Below, one piece after another: positions 26,801 through 38,700 of a stretch of 64,000 nucleotides of DNA (positions are counted from its first letter, which is position 1; the number at the start of each line of letters is the position of its first letter). The stretch lies in assembly GCF_009914755.1 (NCBI RefSeq), contig NC_060946.1, one strand, 5' to 3'. The DNA is from the human T2T-CHM13v2.0 reference genome, Homo sapiens. The notes below the pieces were generated by a model. The model saw nothing but the letters and a program-made list of their open reading frames with translations. It did not search any database and was not told the origin of the DNA. Made by a program: the position numbers and the translations under genes.

Positions 26801-29800
26801 AAGTGGATTTCCCTTGACTGAGAGCCTAAATCTCTCCTTCAGTCTCATTATTTGTCATTGGTTTGTTCACATTTTCTATTTCTTCTTTCTTCAATTTTGA
26901 TAGGTTATATGTGTCCAGAGCATACGTTTTACTTCTAAGTTTTTCAATTTATTGGCATATAATTGTTTGTAGTACTTACTCATGATTCCTTATATTTCTC
27001 TAGAGTCTATCATAGTATATCCTTTTTCATCTCTGATTTTATGTGAATTTTCTCTTTTTTTCTTAGTCTGACAAAACATTTGTCAATTTTACCTTTTCAA
27101 AAAAGATTCCTTCATTTAATTAGTCGTTTGTATTTTTTGTCTTCATTTTGTATATTTGTGCTCTGATCTTTATATTCTTTTGCTAATTTGGGTCTTAGTT
27201 TGTTCTTGATTTTATAGTTCCTTGAAATACATTGTTAGATGGTTTATTCATTATCTTTCTTCTTTATTGATGTAGAAATGTATTGCTGTAAACTTCCCTC
27301 TAAGGACCGTTTTGCTGTATTTCATAAGTTTTCATATGTTCTGATTTCATTTTTATTCATCTTAAGACATTTTTAAAATAATTTTTTTTCATTGACCCAT
27401 TGGTTGTTTAAGGATATGTTGTTTTATTTGTATGTATTTGCACAATTTCTGAAGTTCCTCCTGTTGTTTATTTCTAGCTTTATTCCATATGGTCAAAAAA
27501 ACACGTGATATGATTTGATTTTTTGATTAGCTAAGACTTGTTTTGTGGTCTAACATATCTATCATGGACAATATTCCATATGCAGGTGAAAAGATAATGA
27601 ATTATCCAATTGTTGGATGAAATGTTATGTAAATAACTGTTAAATTCTTTTGATCTAGAGTGCAATTTAAATGTTTCTTTGTTGAGATTCTCTCTCAATG
27701 ATCTGTTCATTGCTGAAAATGGGATGTCGAGGTTTCATACTATTATTGTACAGTTTTTTGTCTCTCCTTTTAGATCTATTGATGTTTGCATTACATATTT
27801 AGGTTCTCCAATGTTGAGTGCATTATATATTTACAATTATTGTATTCTCTTGTTGTACTGACCCCTTTATTATTATATAATGGCCTTGTTTGTCTGTATT
27901 TACAGTTTTTCTACTTGAAGTCTATTTTATTTGATATAAATATAACTACTTCTGCATTCTTCTGATTTCCATTGTCATAAAATATATTTTTCCATCTGAC
28001 CACTTTCGATTTATGTGTGTATTTACAGGTGATGGGAGTCTCTTGTAGAAAGAATATAGTTAGGTCATGTTTTTAATCCATTTACCCATTCTCTGTCTTC
28101 TTACTGGATAATTTAATCTATTTACATTCAAGGTAATTATTGATAGATAAGGACTTGTACTGCCATATACTGTTTTCTTGTTGTCTTAGAATTTTTGTAC
28201 CTTTTTGTCCCTTTGTTGTCTTCCTTTGTAGTTAAGTGATTTTCTCTGTGTGTTTTTGTTTCTTGTTCTTTTATTTTTAGTGTATCTAATAAAAATTTTG
28301 CCTTTTGGTTACTATGAAGCATGCAAAGAATATTTTATAGTTTCAATAGGTAATTTTGAATGGATAACAACTTAATTTTGATAACAAGAAATGGAGAAAA
28401 GCAATCACTCTGCTCTTTAACTCAATCACTCCCCCACATTTTGCATTTTTGATGTCTTAATTTACATCTTTTATATCACTTATCCCTTAACAAATTATTG
28501 TAGTTTTCATTTTTGTTTTGTATTTTAACCTTCTTACTAAAAACATGTAAGTGGTTTATATTCAATTATTACTATACTAGAGCATCCTGAATTTGTCTGA
28601 ATATTTATTTTTACCTGTGGATTTATACCTTCCATTTTTTTGTGTTACATATTAGTGCCCTTTTCTTTCAGTTTGAAGATTGTTCTTTAACATTTCTTTT
28701 AAGGCAGGTATGGTTACAATGAATTTCTTCATCTTTTGTTTGTCTTAGAATGTTTTAACCTCTCCTTCATTTCTAAATGAGAGCTGTGCTGGATACTGTA
28801 TTCATTGTTGACAGTTTTTTTCTTCTGCACTTGATTCTATTATCCTACTCTCTCCTGGTCCATATTGTTTCTGCTGAGAAGTCTGCTGCCAGGCACATTG
28901 GAATTCTCTTATGTGTTATATGCTTCCTTTTTCTTAGTGATTTCAGGACCTACTCTTTGTTTTTGACGTTTGAAGGTTTAATTATAATATGTCTTGTGGT
29001 TGTCTTATTCAGATTAAATCAAATTAGTGAGCTTTGGCCATCCTAAACATCTTAATCCTTCTCCAAGTTTAAAAAGTTGTCTGTTATTTCTCTGAATAAG
29101 CTTCTAACTCTTTTTCATTCTTAGTTCCACTTTAACACTGTAGATTTTTTTTCTTGATGGTGTCCCATGGATCTCGTAAGTTTTCTTTGTTTCTTCTCAT
29201 TTTTTTCTCTTTTCTACTCTGACAGTGTATTTTCAAAGAGCCTGTCTTTGAGCTCACTGCTTTTTTTCTTCTACTTGATCAGTTCTGCTCTTGATGCCCT
29301 CTAGTGCATTTTTCAGTTTGTTTACTGAAGTTTTCCACCTCCAGGATTTCCATTTGATTTTTTCCCATTATTTTAAATTCTTTGTTGAATTTCTCATAAA
29401 TTTCCATATTGTTTCTCTGTGCTTTGTTGAAGTGCACAGATTTTTTTTTTTTAAAAAACAGCTATTTGAATTTTTTTGTCTGCCACATCATTCATTTGCA
29501 TGTCTTTAGGTTCAGTTGCTGACACCTTGTTTTCTCCATTTGATGAGGCAGTATTTCCTAGGCTATTCTTATTTTTTGTAGATGTACATCTCTGTCTACA
29601 CATTGATGAATTAAATATTTATTTCAATCTTCTCAGTCTCGGTTTGTTTTTGACTGTTTCTCAGTGGGCTTGTTTAGAAATTCTGTGTGGATTTCCATTA
29701 TATTCCATTTTAGCATTAGGAGGTGCCCAAAGCAAAGGTTAGACATAAGTCTTGCAATGGGGCTTCACCATTGATGCAATGTAACTGGATGGGCCCATGG

Positions 29801-30994
29801 GTGATCCACAGAAAGACTGCTGTCTGTAGGGGGAGAACAAGTCAGGCCATCAAATCTGGACAGTCTGTGTATCATGTTTCCCACAGCGTGGTGCCCATAA
29901 ACAACCTGCCTGGTATAATATTTCCTCTGGTAGGAATGGCTAGCCTCTGCTAAGTTTCATATAGTAAGTATTGCTAACCCAATCCCTTCTTTATGTCCCT
30001 AGCATGCCTCTGGTGGTTCAGCTCTGTTGACACTCATGGTGCTGCTTGTGGGCTGATGCAGGAGTGAGTCTACTGTGAAGGCACTCAGTATGGTGGAAAA
30101 AATATTCAACTTCTGCTCACTTTATTCAGTGTAAGAACTGTGAGTTCAGGAGGACTTTCTGCGTATAATACCATTATGGCCTGGGGGAGGAGTATCACAG
30201 TCAAAGGGTACTGTTTCCCTTACTGTCCAAGCATGGTTTTACTCCTCTTTGCAGTCCAAAGGGGCTTCATAGACTCACTCACGTATTCAGGGTTCCTTAG
30301 CTCTTGTAAAGGTAATTTCATATGTGGATAGTTGTTCATATAGATGTGTCTGTAGTGGTATGATTACTGAAGAGATCTACTGCACTACCTTGCTCTGCCC
30401 AAATCCTTCCTCTTTCCAACAAGAGTTTGCCACCTCCTAGTTTTCTTTTTTCTTAACCAAACTAAGTTTAGCCTTTTAATCCTTCACCCTCTTCCACTTC
30501 TAATGCCACTGCTTCTTTGTATGCTTATTGTATTTTCCATGCTATATGACTTTCAGCTGGTTATTTACAGTATGTAAGTTTTAATATCTTGTAAAATGGG
30601 GATAATAATAGCATCCATTTGGTAGGGATGTTAAAGATATTAAAAGACACTGTCCATGTTAAATAACTTCTTGAGATATATTGAGATGTTTCTGTACTTC
30701 CTTGTTCTGGCCTTCTTGTTGAACCAGAGGAATCTATTGCCATGAAAAGCAATAAAACTGTGATAGTAGAAATTAAAAGTGAGTAGGAACTTATTTAAAA
30801 ATCATCATTCTCCTTTTCAATGCAAAAATAAGAACTAGAAACTTTTAATAAGGCAATAGTCTGGAGAAATAATTTATGGAAGATAACATGGATTTTTTAA
30901 TCTTAGAGGGTTCTTTTACATATTCAAGGGTCGAGATTGGCTGCCTTGAATCCTACTAAAATTTCAATGTATGTTTTAGAGAGGGAGGAAAGAG

Positions 30995-31350
30995 TCAAAG
31001 AAAAAATTACACTGGAAAAAGTTAAATAAGTAAGGAAGATATTATTAAAGCTATTGCAATACGGGAGAGAGGCCAGACCTAGTCTGAACTCAGCTCCTCT
31101 GATACAAAGGGCCGTGGAGTTTTTGAAAGTGAGGGTAAGGGGGCGATCATAGGCCACCTGTCTTTGCTAACTGTCTTTTCTCAAAGGAAAATTAAACTTT
31201 ATTTTATCTTTATGATATAAGGTAATTTTTACAACTTGGAGCAAGATTAGGCTCTTACTCTCTCATGGAGACTGGGAAATAAGGTATTATCTTTCTGGAG
31301 GATTACATTTGAAAGGGATGACTCCCAGATCCTTGAAAAAGGAAATTTTC
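30995..31350 (-). mobile_element. Old ERV-class solo LTR (MER76/MER89-like; subfamily uncertain)
   Basis: gagactgggaaataagg...gattacatttgaaagggatgactcccagatccttga. Confidence 0.55.
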
Positions 31351-31627
31351 TGCTTACAAGTTACACATGCCACTTCTACCTGCATTTCAGTGGCCAAACA
31401 GGTCACATATCTAAATATGACCCTTTCTTCAATAGGATAGAAATGTATAATCTTCTAGGAGATAAGGTCACTGCAGTAGGAAGACCAGATAATGGGAGAA
31501 TGATAACATAATCTACCACAATGACCACAGTGAAAACATTAGTAATCCTCAGGGTTAAACCAAATCTTCTTGGACACTTAGGTTGATTCTAGGCTATTGT
31601 CAATAGTGGAATAGTAAAAAATAAAGA

Positions 31628-32523
31628 GAATAGCCCATTTATTTTTTGCAGAGAAGCTAGACAATTCACAGTAGCTTATGGCCTAGACAATTTTGTTTCT
31701 TGATCACCACAACTCTTTATAGATGCCTGTGGTCCAAAAATGCGGATTCTTAATCGTCCCCAAAATGAAGGGATCCTCTGCAAGGCAACCTGGGAGGGAG
31801 TTTAGGATTGTTCTGAGGCAGTGAAACCCATTGAGATTCACATGTAAGAGGGTAGAGAAAGAGAATCCACATGTTTTGATCCCTCCATGTGCTGGATATA
31901 AGTTGGTCTTCATTATATTGCACCACCTTTGGTGTCAGAGAGAACTGGATTTGAATCCCAGTTCCATCACTCATTATGATTTGATGGTGAATGTGTTTTT
32001 AACTCGTCTGAGCCTCAGTTTGCTCATCTATAAAAGATGGGATTGTTATGAGACTTGCATAAGGTAAGTGTTTAAAAATCTGGGAATAATCCCTGTAATT
32101 TAAAAGACAGGGTTGTGATAAGGCTTCAATAAGGTAAGTGTGTAAAATCTGGACACAATGTTACTAATTTAGTAGGTTTTCAATATATAGAGAAAGAGGA
32201 TTATTTTTCTCTCATTTAATTTTTAGAACGTTTATAAAATTGGTATTATTCATATTTTTGAGATAATCAAAGGATCAGTAAGTTTAAATAAATCACCATA
32301 GTCACAAAGCAGTTCACAATATATTGACTGGATAATTGCTAGTGAAAAGTAGCAATGATGATCACATTGAAAATCTTGTGTTAGGTGGTGGTTTTCTCTT
32401 TCATAAGCCTCTTCATTTGTTGAAACCATAGATTCTAAGTTTGCTCTATCAAAGTGATCATTAGAAAAATATAATGTACTTGGTGTATAAATTTTAGAAA
32501 ATTTCCTTTTTAGCCCTGTTAAT
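31628..32523 (+). repeat. Direct repeat copy 1 (~0.9 kb, contains a MIR fragment)
   Basis: Collinear with 34169-35504; roughly 85-90% identity by eye. Confidence 0.95.
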
Positions 32524-32799
32524 TTGATTGAATATGTGCATTTTGAATTATGAATATAAATATGAATATGTATGACATATGAAATATGACTTGACATCAC
32601 AGAGTAACCTTAGATCGTGGCAACGTTTTTTTCTGAAAGCACATGCAGAAATGTATCTTCTTTCTAGTTTCCAAAAAACTCAGAGGCCATGGGGGAAGTG
32701 GGGACTTTGGCTGTCAGATAGTGCATGAGGTACATTAGGACATAGTAATTGCATCATAATTCATATTAATAATTCACAGTGAGGAAACCTGAAATTTGC

Positions 32800-33460
32800 T
32801 TCCAGCTACCAATAAATGAAAGGTGGGGCGGGGTCGCTGGGGGGCGCGGCTTTGTGAGCCAGTGCCTGGACTCACACGTCACAAATGGAAGGGCAGCGCG
32901 TGGAGGGAACTCAAGGCCTGATTGGTTCTTCCTAAGCAGGACACGATCAGGTTGGCAGGGCAACCAGCCTTCAGTGGGTGCCTTAAGTTGGTGGCATTTG
33001 GTTGCCTTTCCTGGGGAGAGGCGGCAGGTGCTCAGCTCTGCAGACGTAGGGGCAAGAGAAGGCCCAAGCTGCCTCGAGAAGAGCAGAGGTGCCCCACGGG
33101 GACCACGATGACCGGTCGCATGTGCACCAAAGCCAGCCCCCGGCAGGGCCAGCGCAGTGATTCTGCGGGGCCGTCCTGTGGCTCTGATATCTATGAGTCG
33201 TTGGCCAGCAAAGGCACAGGCACCAGCAGAAAGGAGCAGAGACGCCCAGAACAGCCTGTCCCCCAATGCCAACCCCAAGCAGGGCCAGCTTAGGGTGGGG
33301 TGGGCAGAGCCATCCTGCAGCTCTGAGATCCATGAGGAGGAGGTGGGAGTAGCGCCAGGCTCCACTGCTTTGGAGCTCGCACAATTTGAGCCCAATTTGA
33401 TTCCAGAGCCATGACTTGCAGCACATTGGTGACCAGAAGACCCCCAAAGGTAGGGAGGCG
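32800..33460 (+). promoter_or_regulatory. GC-rich promoter / first-exon-like segment of unknown identity
   Basis: GC box 32825-32833, CACGTCA 32875-32881, inverted CCAAT 32921-32925, ACGATGA start 33108, donor AAG|GTAGGG at 33449/33450; residual CpGs in an AT-rich background. Confidence 0.5.
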
Positions 33461-33914
33461 ACAGATACCGCTTGGCCTCAGGAGCTCCTCTGGCCGTTGC
33501 TGAACCAAGGTTCCCCCAGAGACATCCACAGCCTGGGGCTCCTCCCTTCTTCACCTGGTTCCTTTCCTAGGCCCAGGCCCCAAGCATGAGGACTGGCTCT
33601 GCCTGGCGTCTCCATCCCTTGGTCTTTCTCTGTTGCATCCAGCTGGTTTCTTTTCTCCTCCCTACCCATATGCCCAGTTATGGGCCCTCTTCTTCTTCCT
33701 AGAGGCTGGCCAAAAACTAAGTTTTCAAAGTACAAAATGGATGCTACAGATTTCGTTGCTTTAGAGGAAATGTCTGACAGCTCTTGTATTTAAACTTAAG
33801 TAGCTACACTGGGAGTCACAGTTTCATATGTTGAGTTCTAGACCAGAGCTATCTACCCTAAAGCAACGGCAAGGGGTTAGATGTACTCTTCTTGATTCGA
33901 ATAATAAAAAATGA

Positions 33915-34041
33915 TTTTTTTTGTAGGGACAAGGCTCACTGTGTTGCCCAAGCTGGTCCCAAACCCCTGGCTTCAAGTGATTCACCCACCTTAGCCTCCC
34001 ACACTGCTGGGATGACAGGCAAAGAGCCACCACACCTGGTC
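33915..34041 (-). mobile_element. Alu left monomer (FLAM-like)
   Basis: Single reverse left-arm monomer with poly(T). Confidence 0.8.
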
Positions 34042-34168
34042 ATTGGAGGTGCTCTTGCTTTGTGTGTTTCGGCTGGTCTTCAGGCGCAGCTGTCAGTAAG
34101 ATGCTCCTGCAGTATAGTTCTAAGTCTTTCTGCACAGATTCAGTAGGTCCTGTGTTTTTTTTTACATG

Positions 34169-35504
34169 GAATAGCCCCTTTATTTTTTGCAGAGAAGCTA
34201 GATAATTCACAGTAACCTATGGCCTAGAAAATTTTAATTCTTGATCAACACAACTCTTTATAGATGCTTGTGGTCCAAAAATGCAGATTCCTAATCATCC
34301 CCACGAATAAGGGGGCCATTGCAAGGCAACCTGGGAGGGAGTTTAGGATTGCTCTGAGGCAGTGAAAGCTATTGAAATTCCCACATGAGGGGGCAGAAAA
34401 GGGAATCCACATATTTTAATCCCTCCATGTTCTGGGTGTAACTTGGTCCTCGTTAAATTGCACCATTTTTGGCATCAGAGAGAACCGGATTTGAATCCCA
34501 GTTCCATCCCTCATTATGATTTGATGGTGAATGTGTTTTTAACTCGTCTGAGCCTCAGTTTGCTGATCTATAAAAGATATAATTGTTACGAGGCTTCCAT
34601 AACGTACATGTGTAAAAACCATGGCAAAATGCTTGTAATTTAAAAGAGAGGGTTGTTAGGAGACTTCTATCAGGCAAGTATATAAAAACCTGGAGACAGT
34701 GCCTATAATTTTGTAAGTGTTCAATATATGGAGTAGGAGGATTATTTTTCTTTCATTTAATTTTTAGAGCAACTTTATGAAATTGGTGATACTCATATAT
34801 TTGAGATAATCAAACCAAGGATCAGAAAGACTAAACAAATCACCATAGTCACAAAGCAGTTCACAATACATTTACTGGATAATTTCTAGTTAAAAGTAGC
34901 AATGATGATCACATTGAAAATTTTGTATTATCTGGTGGTTCTCTCTTACATAAGCTTCTTGGAATTTAGTAAGATAAGTTGCAGCTCAAAAAGCAGATCT
35001 GTAGAATATTTTATTCCAGAGATTGTAGTGGGGGCCAAAGTATTGCATGTGTTTTGTTGGGAACAAGGTGTAGGCTGAGAATCTAAGCAAACTTCAGTTG
35101 GTGGTTTTCAGTTGGTGGGCAGTGGCAGAAGGAGGAGGAGCTCCATCTGTGCTCTCTCTTCCCCCAGTCACAGCCCTCAGGCTTGTTGCATCCAGGCCCT
35201 TCTAAGTTAAACCAGACAGGTTGACAGGTTTATTTATCATTTAGCAGACAAGTCAGCTCAGGGTAGGCGGGTGAGGTGGGGTGTGGGCTGCTAGTACAGT
35301 GCTGCCCTTTGACCCAGGGCTGCCTGTGCCCATGGGGCTATTCCATATATTATATATATATATAATATTTTATATATATGTATATAAGCCTGTTGGTTTG
35401 TTAAAACCATGGATTCTAAGTTGCTCTATCAAAGTGATCATTAGAAAAATGTGATGTACTTAGTGTGTAAATTTTAGAACATTTCTTCTGTTAGTCTTGT
35501 TAAT
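34169..35504 (+). repeat. Direct repeat copy 2 (with ~420-bp insertion at 34963-35383)
   Basis: Starts gaatagccc(a/c)tttattttttgcagagaagctaga and ends with the tgctctatcaaagtgatcattagaaaaat...taat block, as copy 1. Confidence 0.95.
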
Positions 35505-35612
35505 ACTCAATTCTTTTCTAAAACACCTGGCCCAAATCTCCATAGGTTTTAATCGAATTATATTATAATTTGGATTTTCTGGTCTGCCTATCTTCCAAAT
35601 AATAAAGTTCTT

Positions 35613-36097
35613 AATATTAATTTTGTATTGCTGCCATAACAAATTACCACAACTTTGTGGCTTAAATCAAAGACTTACGACCCTATAGTTCTGTAGGGCA
35701 AACCTCTGACTATGGTCTTACTGGGCTTAAGTCAAGGTGATGTCAGGGCTGTATTGCTTTCTGGAGGCTCTAGAGAGAATCCATTTCCTTTTCCAACTTT
35801 TAGATGCTGTCCCTATTCCTTGGATCACGGGACCATTCCTCCATCTTCAAAGCCAGTAACGTGGGATGTCTGTGGCCATTGTTCTGTAGCCATATCACCT
35901 TCTGACTGTAGCTAGGAAAGATTCTCTGATTTTATAGACACATGCAATTAGATTGGCCCCCAAGATAATCAAGGATAATCCCCCTAACTCAAGAGTTAAT
36001 CACATCTCCAATGTCCCTTTTGCCCCATGTAAAGTAATATGGTCACAGATTCCAGGGACTAGAACATCTTTATGGGGTCATTATTTTGACTGTCACA
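35613..36097 (-). mobile_element. MLT1 (C/D/E-like) LTR
   Basis: tattgctgccataacaaattaccacaac...ggtcacagattccagggactag. Confidence 0.8.
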
Positions 36098-36418
36098 AAG
36101 GCAAAGTCTTGGACTTATGCATATCTAGATTTTCTTTGCTTAATTTCTGAGCCTAGAATGCATTAGACTCTAAATAAATGTGAATGAGTGATAAATATTA
36201 TATTTACAGATTGCTGCCACATTGCAATTCTGTCCTCCCACTGGTGGTGGAATCCTATGTACTTTTTACCATCTCCATTTTGCATTCAGACTGAACATGG
36301 CTGTGTTACTCCTTTCACCTGGGTGATTTCAAACCATCTCTCTATTTCTATTTGTAGAGATCTTATCTATCAAGCCCTTCTCAAATGCCACTTCAAAAAA
36401 CTTTTTCTAACCCCCAGT

Positions 36419-36805
36419 TGTCTTAGTCAATTTATGCTCTTATAACAAAATAACACAGACTAGGCAATTTATGAAAACCAGACGTTTATCTGTCATAGTT
36501 CTGGAGACTAGGAAGTCCAAGATCAAGGCATTGGCAGGTCTGATGTCTGGTAAGGGCTGTTCTCTCCGTTCAAGATGGTGTTTTGATGCTGCATCTTCCA
36601 GAGACAGGGAACACTGTGTCCTCATATGGTGGAAGGCGGGAGGGCAAGAGGGATGAACTCCCTCCATGGAGCCCTTTCATGAGGGCTCCTAAACCCGTTC
36701 CTGAGGTAGGAGTCCTGATGGCCTAATCACTTCCTGTAGGCTCCACCTCAACACTATCACATTGTCAACGCTGAATCTCGGAGGAGGCACAGTGAAACCA
36801 CAGCA
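36419..36805 (-). mobile_element. MaLR LTR (MSTD/MLT1A-like)
   Basis: tgtcttagtc...ggaagtccaagatcaagg...aaaccacagca; TSD ccagt / ccaat. Confidence 0.82.
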
Positions 36806-38269
36806 CCAATCAAGTATGATCTTTCTCTCCTCAGAAACCCCCTCATATGTTTAGACCTCCCATGCACTTTTACACATTTTGTCTCATGGTTTCTTCCTGT
36901 ACAAATAAGGTGCTATAAATGGATAGCTATAGTTTTGGGTTTCATTTCAACAAAACACCCTTCCTAGTTTTTTGAACCCCAAGCGAAATATGAGGACAGG
37001 CCCCACCTTCCATTACAAAAGCTGAAAGGGAGTGCATGATCCTTTTTCCAGTTTCTTGGCCACTCACATGTGGGCACATATCTAGGCCCAGCCAACTGAT
37101 GTCTCTTTATTAGAACTTGGAACCCGATGAAATGATGCAAAAGACCTGAAATAATCAGAGATGATTCTGAGAAATTGAGCAGAGATGAGAGGCAGGTCCA
37201 GGAATGTAGTAGCAAGTGCCTAGGTTCAGCAGAGCCCAGCTACATGGTGACAAGTGTCAAATGGCAACATCCTAGTGGTGGCATCCCAAGATCTGCTTCC
37301 GTCAAATGAACTTGGCTGTGCTGAGTTTCCCTCAGTTCTTACCTTGCTTCTCCAGCATCTTCAGTGATTTTGTGAACTATTCAATATCCTTTCATCGAAT
37401 TCCTATTTTGCTTAAGTTGTCTAGAATTTGTTATTTTCAGTGAAAAATATAAACCAATTATCCCCTCACATTAAAACACACTCCACTTAGGCATCTCCTG
37501 TGATCTCACTGGAGAAAAGTGTGGACGTTATTTGTAATTTGACTCAGAATGATAGGATTAGTTTGGTACTAGTAACAATGGAGATAAGTAACTAACTTTT
37601 TGTGAAACTTCTTCCTGGGGTGAAACAAAATCTATTGTGGAAACTCTTTCCAATCATCTCTGGAAATTTATTAAGTGACCTAGTATGTAATGATAATTTA
37701 CCATGATACTTGATAAAATAGTTTTGTGTGTTCAGAATAATTTCTTTTTTCTTTACCTTTGAAAATAATGCATCGATAGTTAATTTTCTCCTAAACTGTC
37801 TGTTTTTATTTCCATAAAAGGTATTTATTGAATGTCTCCTTACTTTTAATATAACTAGGCATTGTGTGATCAAAGCAAAATAAATATATTCTTGTTTCTG
37901 GAATTACTAAAGCTTTGAAAATGGACTTATCGACCTCAAACCAATGGGACATATTCCCATGTGGCCTGCTCCCCTGTTAGGTTTCCCAGGGTAAGTGGTG
38001 ATTCCTTTTCTGTCTTTTTAAAGATTTTAGAAATGCAGCTTCTGCTGTGGGCCACTAGGCGGAGTACTTCAGAGCAGGGTTTGTGGGAGTACAAAGCTAA
38101 CTTCTGCTGCTTTTGCTTGATGCTTCTGCAGCTTCCTTGACTACTGTGGATGATAAGTAGTTATTTTCTTCCTCTTCTTTCTTTTTTCCCCACACTCTTT
38201 GGAGTGAACTTGAAACATTTAGGAAGTTTGTTGATCAACACATACCGTGTTTATGAAAATCCGGCTAAG

Positions 38270-38700
38270 ATAATATGGTAGGACTCCTTTGGTTATAAAT
38301 AATAGAATTCAAACTCAAACTGGTCTAAGCCAAAAAATATATATTAATTTGTGGACTCGTATAATGGAAAAATCCAGGGTATAGCTTCAGAATGGCTGAA
38401 CGTAGGGACTCAGGACTTGGCTCCTCTCAGCTTCCTTGCTTTTTCTTCCCCATTGATTTTATTCTCAGACAAGTTTTCCCTTTGTGCTGCAATGTGGCCA
38501 TCATCACTCCTCCAGTTTACATTTCCTTAGTTCCACAGCCCCAGAATAAAGCAAAAACAGAAACACTTCTAATAGTTTCAATAAGAGACTAGAGATTGAC
38601 TTTGGGTGTGAGGCTTGGATTTCATGTCCATTTCTAGTTTCATCTGTGCCAGGATTAGAAGTATATTCATTGGCCAGGCCTGTGTCACGAGCACATACAG
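38270..38700 (-). mobile_element. Old MLT1 (K/L/N-like) fragment
   Basis: ggactcctttggttataaataatagaattcaaactcaaactggtctaagc...attcattggccaggcctg. Confidence 0.55.

Larger units (their letters stand above)
23705..30400 (-). mobile_element. Long L1MA-like element (3' end at ~23.7 kb, ORF2, ORF1/5' remnants to ~30.4 kb)
   Basis: T-rich strand; ORF 24481..24681 is a degenerate ORF2 C-terminus (IIRETQVKSTVRYHLT...NNKCWQGCEER). Confidence 0.85.

Noticed and set aside
32766-33554. 262-aa minus-strand ORF
   Set aside because: Starts at GTG, GC-rich sequence has few stops, ORFs overlap in several frames, and no recognisable domain.
32800-33750. Possible FRG2, DUX4/D4Z4, SNX18 or PIWIL-like copy
   Set aside because: Translations show no convincing similarity to these proteins as I recall them; MTGR alone is too short.
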